Assembly (NCBI GenBank): GCA_026394935.1
Contig: JAPLZR010000119.1
Coordinates: 1-32,300 of the forward strand
Direction: 5' to 3'
DNA from: Candidatus Woesearchaeota archaeon
Lineage (GTDB): Archaea; Nanobdellota; Nanobdellia; Woesearchaeales; ARS49
Length of the DNA: 32,300 nt
Notes under the pieces: generated by a model
Seen by the model: the letters and a program-made list of their open reading frames with translations, nothing else
Told to the model about the DNA's origin: nothing
Databases searched by the model: none
Shown: one piece after another, positions 9,815 through 17,099 of the stretch
Numbering within the stretch: position 1 is the first letter of the stretch
Layout of the letters: each line of letters begins with the position of its first letter
Made by a program: the position numbers and the translations under genes

Positions 9815-10396
9815 GTGAGACAAAGCACACTTCTAGAGTTTGAAATACCTGTTTTAACAGTCTACATACCAATAAGAAAATACCCGTACAAGTCAAGACA
9901 AGGACTGGCAGAACTGCAGTTGAGAAAAAGACTGGAAAAACAAGGATGGCAGGTATGGAGAGGAGGATTCGTGCACGCAATAGCAGCAGACGTATACCCT
10001 GCAGTCAAAAGAAGATACGTACAACTGGCAGAACTAATAACAGAACTGTACGGAGACAAAGCACTGGACCTGCTTTGCTACCTGTGCACAGTACACCACG
10101 GAATGCCGGATTTAGTATGCTACAATCCTGCATTAAAGCAGTTCAAATTCGTGGAATGCAAGCTCGGACACGAAGGACTAAGCGACAGACAGGTTGTGAC
10201 GATCCAAAGATTACAAGAAGCAGGATTTCAGGTAGAAGTGCACAAACTAGTGGAAGAATGCACAAAAACGAGAAAAGCAGAAGTCAACTTAGCTACAAAA
10301 GAAAAGAAAATACTTGAAAAAGAAATGAAACTAACACGATTTATTTATGACAAAAGACCGAGAGTGGAAAGAATACAGACGGCGATTAACGCTTGA
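9815..10396 (+). CDS. VRR-NUC family PD-(D/E)xK nuclease
   Basis: GMPDLVCY...FKFVECK...LSDRQ...IQRLQEAGFQVEV is the VRR-NUC signature. The start codon (TTG) is uncertain. Confidence 0.8.
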   Translation: MRQSTLLEFEIPVLTVYIPIRKYPYKSRQGLAELQLRKRLEKQGWQVWRGGFVHAIAADVYPAVKRRYVQLAELITELYGDKALDLLCYLCTVHHGMPDLVCYNPALKQFKFVECKLGHEGLSDRQVVTIQRLQEAGFQVEVHKLVEECTKTRKAEVNLATKEKKILEKEMKLTRFIYDKRPRVERIQTAINA

Positions 10397-10610
10397 ACTT
10401 CATCTGGGTATAAGTAGGAACTTTAATGTTATGAAAAGGGTCCTGCATAAACTTAGGAGGATTGCCGTGATATTGCTGCTCCCAAGCAGGAGGGTTTGAA
10501 TTCTGTCTTACATAATTGTGGTCAGTAACACAGCCGCAAAAAGATGCTAGTGAAAACAAAGCGCCAGCCAAAAATAGTTTAGTTTCCAATACCGTGTTCA
10601 TAATAATCAC
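10386..10610 (-). CDS. Small hypothetical exported protein, possibly a lipoprotein
   Basis: Hydrophobic N-terminus ending FCGC, and TTTAAATA upstream on the minus strand. Confidence 0.55.
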   Translation of the reverse strand: MIIMNTVLETKLFLAGALFSLASFCGCVTDHNYVRQNSNPPAWEQQYHGNPPKFMQDPFHNIKVPTYTQMKFKR

Positions 10611-10633
10611 TAAACAGTGGTGGTATTTAAAAC

Positions 10634-10984
10634 TTATGCTTTCTGGACGAAAAAACCATTGCTGGAAGGCAAAATACGCACTTTCTGACCTTTCTTTATG
10701 TGCAAGTGCTCGGCAAGCGCTGAAGGAATGCCCACAACAAGACTCTTGCCGCTGATAGTCACCTTGCGCGGAAAGGCGAATAATTTCTGCTTGAGCTCTT
10801 CAGTACGCGCTTCCATTTCATCAGCCTGCTCTTCTGTAAAAACAATGTTGTCGCATTTTGGACACAAATAAGCTTGAACGTTATAAAGCGGAATACCTTC
10901 TGTGTATTCATATTTTGGAACCACTCCTAAACGCATCTCAATATTACACTTCGCACAATACCAGCCGTCTTTCATTTTTTCCAT
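10634..10984 (-). CDS. Putative antitoxin: YgiT/MqsA-type zinc finger fused to an AbrB/SpoVT DNA-binding domain
   Basis: CAKC...NVQAYLCPKCDNIVFTEEQA (YgiT-like) is followed by RKVTISGKSLVVGIPSALAEHLHIKKGQKVRI (AbrB-like). It overlaps the upstream toxin-like gene. Confidence 0.8.
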   Translation of the reverse strand: MEKMKDGWYCAKCNIEMRLGVVPKYEYTEGIPLYNVQAYLCPKCDNIVFTEEQADEMEARTEELKQKLFAFPRKVTISGKSLVVGIPSALAEHLHIKKGQKVRILPSSNGFFVQKA

Positions 10985-11208
10985 TTGTTTATTATTGCAT
11001 ATACCGTGATAACGCGCAATTCGTCGTTTTCGAATGTGTAAATAACAACGACTGATTTCTCTTTCAAATCGAGCCGTTTGTAATGCCTGATTTCTCCTTC
11101 GACGCAGTTAGTTGCTTTAAGCACGCCGAAATCAAGGCACTGCAATACTTCGTCTTCGGAGATGTTTTTACTCAACATCCTTTCCTTAGCGTGCACTGAT
11201 AATATCAT
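10972..11208 (-). CDS. DUF4258-family putative RNase toxin (RelE/BrnT-like fold)
   Basis: LSVHAKERM..KNISEDEVLQCL and VVVIY..ENDELRVITVY; 78 aa. Confidence 0.8.
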   Translation of the reverse strand: MILSVHAKERMLSKNISEDEVLQCLDFGVLKATNCVEGEIRHYKRLDLKEKSVVVIYTFENDELRVITVYAIINKWKK

Positions 11209-11232
11209 GATAAATCACTTATCATATAAAAA
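11207..11232 (-). promoter_or_regulatory. TATA box with an overlapping inverted repeat (candidate autoregulatory operator)
   Basis: ATGATAA-N5-TTATCAT at 11207-11225 spans the start codon and the minus-strand TTTTTATATG box. Confidence 0.5.
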
Positions 11233-11233
11233 A

Positions 11234-11854
11234 CTATCTGTGGCTCATTGCCGTTATCATTTTGTATTTCATCTCTGAACGCTCCCTTTCGGAAAAATTG
11301 CAGTCCTCGTTTTCATCTGTGAGCGCTATCAAATATTTTTCAAGTTTTTCTGGTGAGCCGTAAAAAGCAGGTGAATTACTCTTGCCCGGGTCCGGCAGTT
11401 TAGGCACAGGCTCAGGACCTCTGTAAGGCAGAGCAATCTTTCCCATAAAACTGTCAGGGTTGAGAAGATTACCGCACAACTGCTCGGTTTCCTTGTCATC
11501 AATATAAGCGTCACCAGTGTCACTGTTCAAATTAGCCAAATCCAGCAGGGCTTCCATCTGCCGATGACTAAAATGAGCGCCGGCGAGAACCATCCGCTCC
11601 AGACTGCCCTTAAACTTCTGATAGTTCTCCTTGTTCAACTTAATGCAGCCACATTCACCGGTTTTGCAGTCATGCGATGATTCCTTGACCTGAATGTCAG
11701 ACAACTGCATATAACTTCCAGTCTCAAAACGCTTATTACAGCTGTAAACCAAGCCGGCAATTGTAATTGCGGCAGCCACAGCATAAACCCTCCAATCTTT
11801 CCATATACTGTTCACATCTTCCCACATCATAGTGCTCACCTCATAGTATAACAT
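11234..11854 (-). CDS. Hypothetical membrane-anchored protein
   Basis: 206-aa ORF with one N-terminal hydrophobic segment. A GAGGTG RBS suggests the true start is at the MMW codons near 11830. Confidence 0.65.
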   Translation of the reverse strand: MLYYEVSTMMWEDVNSIWKDWRVYAVAAAITIAGLVYSCNKRFETGSYMQLSDIQVKESSHDCKTGECGCIKLNKENYQKFKGSLERMVLAGAHFSHRQMEALLDLANLNSDTGDAYIDDKETEQLCGNLLNPDSFMGKIALPYRGPEPVPKLPDPGKSNSPAFYGSPEKLEKYLIALTDENEDCNFSERERSEMKYKMITAMSHR

Positions 11855-11879
11855 GTTAAACTAGTTAAAGGGTCTATCG

Positions 11880-11967
11880 ACGAAAAAGTTGAAAGAATTA
11901 CTGGCTAGATCGGAAAGTTTACGGAAAAATAAGGGAAAAGCTGAAAAGATTACGGACTAATCCGAAT
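11880..11967. repeat. Degenerate ~21-bp repeat tract
   Basis: Units gaaagaattactggctagatc, ggaaagtttacggaaaaataa and gaaaagattacggactaatcc. No credible ORF. Confidence 0.45.
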
Positions 11968-12027
11968 TTGGTATTTCAACTCCCTTGTTGCGACAGGAGC
12001 GGTAAAATCCACTGCGAGAAAGAAACA

Positions 12028-12058
12028 TTTATATAGCTAAAGTATATACTATAGCTAT
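12028..12058 (+). promoter_or_regulatory. TATA box plus repeated/palindromic operator-like sites upstream of the RHH gene
   Basis: TTTATATA at 12028, TATAGCTA at 12032-12039 and 12050-12057, and palindrome AGTATATACT at 12041-12050. Confidence 0.5.
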
Positions 12059-12316
12059 ATGGCTACTGAAATGATAACGGTAAAAATGGATGATGCATTC
12101 CTGAACGACATAGATGCCGTCGTAAAAAGAGAGAAATATCAGAACAGGACTGAATTCATCAGGGCTGCATTGAGGGAAAAGATTGATGAAATCAAGTTGA
12201 AGAAGGCAATGATGGAGATTGCTCATTTAAAAGGCGCATCCAAAAAGAAAATAACCGAAGAGGAATACGAAAGAGCAAGAGAAAAAGCATTTGAACTGAT
12301 TTCTAAGAAACTTTAA
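12059..12316 (+). CDS. Ribbon-helix-helix (CopG/NikR-N-like) DNA-binding protein, antitoxin-like
   Basis: MITVKMDDAFLNDIDAVVKREKYQNRTEFIRAALREKI is a classic RHH pattern. Confidence 0.85.
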   Translation: MATEMITVKMDDAFLNDIDAVVKREKYQNRTEFIRAALREKIDEIKLKKAMMEIAHLKGASKKKITEEEYERAREKAFELISKKL

Positions 12317-12349
12317 ATAAGATTCTCAGGTTTATAGTGGTAAGAAATT

Positions 12350-12450
12350 TTCAAGTTCACGGGCTAATCCGGAAAATATACAAGAAGTTCAGTTAAACCT
12401 GGAAATCTTTACAAGTAAACTTGCAACATTTTCAAGATTTCCGACGATAA
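12350..12450. repeat. Second degenerate ~21-bp repeat tract, related to 11880-11967
   Basis: ttcaagttcacgggctaatcc / ggaaaatatacaagaagttca; compare aagattacggactaatccga at ~11946. Confidence 0.4.
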
Positions 12451-12481
12451 AAACTTTAAGGACCGGATGCTTATACTATAA

Positions 12482-12766
12482 GTGATTATACTCATAGTTG
12501 AAACAAAACTGAAAACCAGGGTCGTGTTATCCGAGGAAAGATGGAACCATATAATTTCAAGGCATCCTGCAGTGATAGGAAGAATAAGCGAAATTGAACA
12601 GACATTAGCTACCCCGGATGTAATAATCTTCAATGGTGAAGCATACATTTACCAAAGAAAATATGAAGCATATCTAACAATCATCCTCGACAAAAAACAA
12701 ACATTTATTATAACTGCATTCTTATCAGAAAACATCAAGCAAGGTGAAACAGTATGGAAAAACTGA
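12482..12766 (+). CDS. Putative RNase toxin (DUF4258/PBECR-like RelE-fold)
   Basis: VVLSEERWNHIISRHP...IEQTLATPDVII...YIYQRKY...FIITAF; overlaps the DUF2283 gene. Confidence 0.7.
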   Translation: MIILIVETKLKTRVVLSEERWNHIISRHPAVIGRISEIEQTLATPDVIIFNGEAYIYQRKYEAYLTIILDKKQTFIITAFLSENIKQGETVWKN

Positions 12767-12972
12767 ATATGCTATATGACAAGGAAGGAGATGTCCTTGA
12801 CGTCATAATGGGAAAACCAGAAGACGCAGTAATGAAAGAAGTAGCACAGGATGTCTTCTTACGACTGCACCCCAAAACAAAAAAAATCGTTGGATTGACA
12901 GTGCTTCACTTCCAAAAGAAATTCTCAAGAACAATACCGGTAAAAGCAGAATTCGCACTAGCTACTGCTTAA
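12754..12972 (+). CDS. DUF2283-family putative antitoxin
   Basis: YDKEGDVLDV..GKP...EVAQDVFLRL..KTKKIVGLTVL. Confidence 0.8.
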   Translation: MEKLNMLYDKEGDVLDVIMGKPEDAVMKEVAQDVFLRLHPKTKKIVGLTVLHFQKKFSRTIPVKAEFALATA

Positions 12973-12975
12973 AAA

Positions 12976-13030
12976 TGTCGCTAATTTCGCAAAGCTCATT
13001 AGCGAACACTTTTTCTCGCTTTGCTCAAAA
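12976..13030. repeat. Pair of REP-like hairpins between convergent genes
   Basis: Stem TCGCTAAT/ATTAGCGA (12978-13005) encloses TCGCAAAGCTC. The second unit is TTTT-CTCGCTTTGCTC-AAAA (13011-13030). Confidence 0.5.
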
Positions 13031-13043
13031 AAGAATAAAAAAA

Positions 13044-13922
13044 TCAAACTTTCTGGCGCGTATTATGAACGAACATCCTATACTCGCCATCCGGCTGGAT
13101 TTCCTTTCCAGCAAAGGCAACACGCCAATTAGCACCGCCGTCGTCCAAATGATTCCATAGATTCATGGCAGACTCTTCCAAAGAACCAAAAATCGGCACA
13201 ATGAAAGGCTCGCCTTCAAAAGAATCCAGTGCCTTGCTTCCGGGCTTGTAAGTGGTCAAGCAAAAACCATGCCAAGAATCAAGCGGCAACTCGAAAAAGC
13301 TGCGAATGGTCGGGAATTGCTGATGGTTAAATCCAGCACGTTTGCCGATAGCTTTATTGTACTCTTCTGTAGCCTCTGAGTCTTTCATTCCGGGCTTTTT
13401 GAACTGGTCCTTTGTCAAACCGCTTGATTTAACAACACCTGTCCAAATCTCTCTTGCAACAGGATCGGCACGCAAAAGCGCAAGATAAGCGATATTTTCG
13501 CCAGCAGCCTGATAACCAGTTATTCTTGGAGTAAACGTGGGTGCATCAGGCTCGCAAAAACGAGAATCCAAGGCTTGAACAAAAGCTGAATGATGTGTCT
13601 TATGAGACCGCTCCATAAACTCAGCAGAAACAGTATCAGTCTGGTCGCCGTTGCTGACAATATGACAAGGAGAGCAATGATTCATAGCATTGTAAATAAT
13701 CAAACGCGGATCCTCAACTTTGGAAACATCAGCAGGAGCAGTCCTTAAATCAACGCCTCCAACATTCCTTTGATAAAACCTGTTCTGGCTGTTAGAACTC
13801 CTGCCCATAATCCAGGAAAACTGACGCAAAGTGCGATCTTCACCCATACCAAGAACAATACCGCGGCAAGGATTATCAGCCAAACGCTCTTTCAAATTCT
13901 TTTCTGCTTGTTCATAATTCAT
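13044..13922 (-). CDS. purO: IMP cyclohydrolase-like protein (PurO-like Ntn-fold family, longer bacterial-type form)
   Basis: RGIVLG, WIMGRSSNSQNR, DPRLIIYNAM, HIVSNGDQTDTV and EPDAPTFTPRITG motifs. It is the last gene of the purine operon, with an ATGA overlap with purN. Confidence 0.8.
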   Translation of the reverse strand: MNYEQAEKNLKERLADNPCRGIVLGMGEDRTLRQFSWIMGRSSNSQNRFYQRNVGGVDLRTAPADVSKVEDPRLIIYNAMNHCSPCHIVSNGDQTDTVSAEFMERSHKTHHSAFVQALDSRFCEPDAPTFTPRITGYQAAGENIAYLALLRADPVAREIWTGVVKSSGLTKDQFKKPGMKDSEATEEYNKAIGKRAGFNHQQFPTIRSFFELPLDSWHGFCLTTYKPGSKALDSFEGEPFIVPIFGSLEESAMNLWNHLDDGGANWRVAFAGKEIQPDGEYRMFVHNTRQKV

Positions 13923-14785
13923 TTTGATACCTCCAACACTAGTGTTCCATCAAGATAAGCCTTATCGCCATCAAGAGAATACAAGCCACGGGCAATATCA
14001 CGCAAAACTCTCGGGAAGACAACCCAGTCTCCAAACTCTTTCAAAATATTCTGCAAATCCTTTCCAACGCCGTAAACAGGGAACTTTCTCCTGAGTTCTG
14101 GACCTTCAACCGAAGGATTATCCCTGATGAAATGCTCAATCTCACTAACAGACTTGGCTTCTCCCAACAAAACAGCACGGTCTTCCAAAGATTTGACATT
14201 ATCAGGAACAGGAACAGCGTCAGAAACAGCAAGCACAGAACCGCCATCAAGCACTTCAGTAACTTTGTGCACAGAAGTATAAACATTATTCTCGCCAGCA
14301 AGCACTGCTTTTGCGCTTGGCACCCAAGCAAGACCAGCATACGCGGGCTTGCCATTAGGTTTCTTCACACGCAAATCCCCAGGATGAACATTAACAGTCA
14401 AGAAATTCTCGCAAATAATAGGAGTAACAATCCAGTCATAGCCAGCAAGAGCAACACAATCAACATTTTTATTGTCGAGCATCTTGCACTGCTCCATATC
14501 ATATTTACCCCTTGTAGCACCAGGGCACTTCATAAATTCCTTGTATGACTTGAAAACAACAGGAAGAGTAACGCCATGCTCTCGGTAATCCTCTTTCGCA
14601 ATCTTAACAGCATTAGAAGCAGGATTGTCAGTAAAAACCAGAACAGGCTCAAAAAAAACTCTGCCAGCATCACGGTTGGCAATGTACGCCTCAATAATCT
14701 TCTTGGCATTAGTGCCAGAACCGGACATAAAAATAGCAACACGCATCGGAGTATCTTTAGGAGAGTACAAACTTTCCATGCTCAC
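13919..14785 (-). CDS. purN: Phosphoribosylglycinamide formyltransferase-like protein
   Basis: RVAIFMSGSGTNA, LAGY, NVHPGDL and SVHKVTEVLDGG motifs. The start may be ATG 14779. Confidence 0.85.
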   Translation of the reverse strand: MSMESLYSPKDTPMRVAIFMSGSGTNAKKIIEAYIANRDAGRVFFEPVLVFTDNPASNAVKIAKEDYREHGVTLPVVFKSYKEFMKCPGATRGKYDMEQCKMLDNKNVDCVALAGYDWIVTPIICENFLTVNVHPGDLRVKKPNGKPAYAGLAWVPSAKAVLAGENNVYTSVHKVTEVLDGGSVLAVSDAVPVPDNVKSLEDRAVLLGEAKSVSEIEHFIRDNPSVEGPELRRKFPVYGVGKDLQNILKEFGDWVVFPRVLRDIARGLYSLDGDKAYLDGTLVLEVSK

Positions 14786-16239
14786 TTACTCCCTGAGAAA
14801 TAAATGTTATTCCCGTCAGAATCCTTAATGTCAACAAGCTCGACACCAGTCCTGCCATTCTGCGCTTCTTCAATCCTGCCAATAACCCTGCCCTCAAGAC
14901 TAAACAACCTGCCAATCGCAACAGCTTTATCAGGCTGGGAAGTGGTTGCAAAACCATCAATACCCATTGGCCACTTGGCATAAGCCTGCTCAAAAGTATT
15001 GCCCAAAGCATCCATAAAGAACAAATCCTCTTTAGGAGGAACCAAGCCGTCTAAACGCGCAAACAAATTATGCTTGGCCAAAGGACGGGCAAGCTTGCCA
15101 TCATAAGCGCCGCCAGAAGGATGATAAAAACTCGAAGCAATGCCTCCATCAACAAGCTTCCTGAAGAAAGGATACAAAACAATAGCAGGAGACATCAAAT
15201 AATTCAAAAGCGCTTTGCACTCGGGCTTTTCGTGCCAATCATTCCCAAACTTCTGAACCATTGCCTTTCTCTTGGAAGTAATTCCATTAGACCTTGGATT
15301 AGGATAGCCGGAAAACGCAATCAAATAATCGCCGGGCTTTGGAACAAGAGGATTACGCAACCTTTCTTCATCAATAGTGCTGACAGCAGAACCGCTGATA
15401 TTGTAAGCAGGAACACCCTCCTTATAACTCCTAATCCTGTCACCAACATCTTCTGGTTGAAGAATAACAGTGAAGCCGGCTTCATTTCCAAACTTTGATG
15501 CATCCCTTTCAATAACATCAAAAGGAATATTGCCAGACATCTCAGCAACACCAGAAAGACACATTACAAGAGCGCCATTCTTAATAGCATCATCAACATT
15601 CATAGCCATGAAATTTTTGACGTGAGGCGAATAAATTTTGGTACGCTCAGGAAACTCAGTAGCAGTGCCGATACCATCAGAATTACCATAAACAGGCTTT
15701 CCTTTAGGGTCAAAAACAAAATAACGCGTGCGGTTGCGAACAAAAACGCCAGGAATCTCTGAAAAAGCAGTCCTTGGCGCCATACTAATCATCGTGCCAG
15801 ACACGTTGGCAGGAACAGCAACCCTGCTGCCAAGAATGGCAAGCTCTCCATTCAAAATAGAAACGTAAAAATCACTGCAGCCGGCAAGCAAACCATCCAT
15901 TACCTGTTTCAAATGCTCAACTTTTCCCTCGCTCGCATCAATAACATCACAAATAGCTAAAGGAACAGCATTCACCTGTTTTGCCTGGGCAACAAGCCTT
16001 TCAACAAGCGAAGCAGAATGATTATGCAAATTCGACTCGTTCGGGTCGCCGTCAGCAGAATGAACAACTGCCACCATGCCTTTTGGGATACTAATTACCC
16101 GCAAACCATTCATGCCAGGAGTAATAACATCTGTAAAACTATTATTCTTCAAAGACTCAGCAGAACGCTTAGCCAAATAATCAGAACCCTCATCGCCAAG
16201 CTGGATTACCGTTTTCTGATATTCATCGACAGCAGTCAT
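14782..16239 (-). CDS. purM: AIR synthetase (PurM)-like protein with a duplicated N-terminal domain, 485 aa
   Basis: SDGIGT, AMNVDD..KNGA, YNISGSAV, KPGDYLIAF, RSNGITSKRK and YHPSGG motifs, plus an extra N-terminal copy with PLAICD and ILNGELAILG. It has a GAGGTG RBS. Confidence 0.8.
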   Translation of the reverse strand: MTAVDEYQKTVIQLGDEGSDYLAKRSAESLKNNSFTDVITPGMNGLRVISIPKGMVAVVHSADGDPNESNLHNHSASLVERLVAQAKQVNAVPLAICDVIDASEGKVEHLKQVMDGLLAGCSDFYVSILNGELAILGSRVAVPANVSGTMISMAPRTAFSEIPGVFVRNRTRYFVFDPKGKPVYGNSDGIGTATEFPERTKIYSPHVKNFMAMNVDDAIKNGALVMCLSGVAEMSGNIPFDVIERDASKFGNEAGFTVILQPEDVGDRIRSYKEGVPAYNISGSAVSTIDEERLRNPLVPKPGDYLIAFSGYPNPRSNGITSKRKAMVQKFGNDWHEKPECKALLNYLMSPAIVLYPFFRKLVDGGIASSFYHPSGGAYDGKLARPLAKHNLFARLDGLVPPKEDLFFMDALGNTFEQAYAKWPMGIDGFATTSQPDKAVAIGRLFSLEGRVIGRIEEAQNGRTGVELVDIKDSDGNNIYFSGSK

Positions 16240-16250
16240 AAAAAGTCACC

Positions 16251-17099
16251 TCACTTGAAATACCTAAGAGCGTTAACGAACAACTGCAAGCCAGGACCTT
16301 CTGAAGGCATTTCTTTTCCTGTGCGCTTGTACAACTCCTTCAACAAAGTCCAGTCAGGCCTGTGCGTGAAATCAACAGCGCGCTCAGGATGAGGCATCAT
16401 ACCAAGAATCCTGCCAGACGGGTCGGTAACACCGGCAATATCATCAAGAGCGCCGTTAGGATTGGCAGGCAAGTTCTGAGAAGTGCAAACCTCGCCATGA
16501 ATATAACGAGCAGCAACCAAATTACGCTCTTTAATCTGCGCCAAGGTTTCGGGCGCTGCGTAAAACTTTCCCTCGCCGTGAGCAATAGGCAAACTAATCT
16601 TATCAATCTCCTCTGTCCAAGGACTTTTTCCAGAAAACTGCAAGTCAACCCAGCGGCAAAGATAACGAGGAAACTCATTATGAAGAAGAGCAGCAGAACG
16701 GGTGTATTTGCCGTCAAGGTTCGGCAACAAGCCAAGATTCACCAAAGCCTGGAAACCATTACAGACACCAAGAGTCAAATGGTCTCCTTCAACATACTTG
16801 CGCATCTCATCCCACATCTTGTTCCTAATACGGTTAGCCCACGCATAACCAGAACCAGTATCATCACCGTGAGAAAAACCGCCAGGAAACATCATAATCT
16901 GATAATCAAAAATCTTCTTGGGATTTTTAATCAAATCATTCATGTGAATAATATCTACAGAAAGAATATTCTTCGGATCTTCATCAATATCAGGCGTGGC
17001 GATGACCATGCCGAGCCGTGCACCAGCAAGCTCGAAAGCGTACTTTGACTCAAACTCACAATTCGTGCCGTGCTCCTTCAAAATAAGAACGCCAACCAT
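16251..17099 (-). CDS. purQ: FGAM synthase glutaminase subunit
   Basis: GTNCE, FPGGFSHGDD, GVCNGFQ (catalytic Cys), PIAHGEG, NPNGA and GMMPHPER; TGATG overlap with purL. Confidence 0.95.
   Translation of the reverse strand: MVGVLILKEHGTNCEFESKYAFELAGARLGMVIATPDIDEDPKNILSVDIIHMNDLIKNPKKIFDYQIMMFPGGFSHGDDTGSGYAWANRIRNKMWDEMRKYVEGDHLTLGVCNGFQALVNLGLLPNLDGKYTRSAALLHNEFPRYLCRWVDLQFSGKSPWTEEIDKISLPIAHGEGKFYAAPETLAQIKERNLVAARYIHGEVCTSQNLPANPNGALDDIAGVTDPSGRILGMMPHPERAVDFTHRPDWTLLKELYKRTGKEMPSEGPGLQLFVNALRYFK

Noticed and set aside
11880-12450. CRISPR array
   Set aside because: The repeats are highly degenerate and contiguous, without unique spacers of regular length, and no cas genes are present.
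9126-12972. Prophage or integrated element
   Set aside because: No integrase, transposase, terminase, capsid or att-like repeats were seen; it is better described as a TA-rich variable patch.
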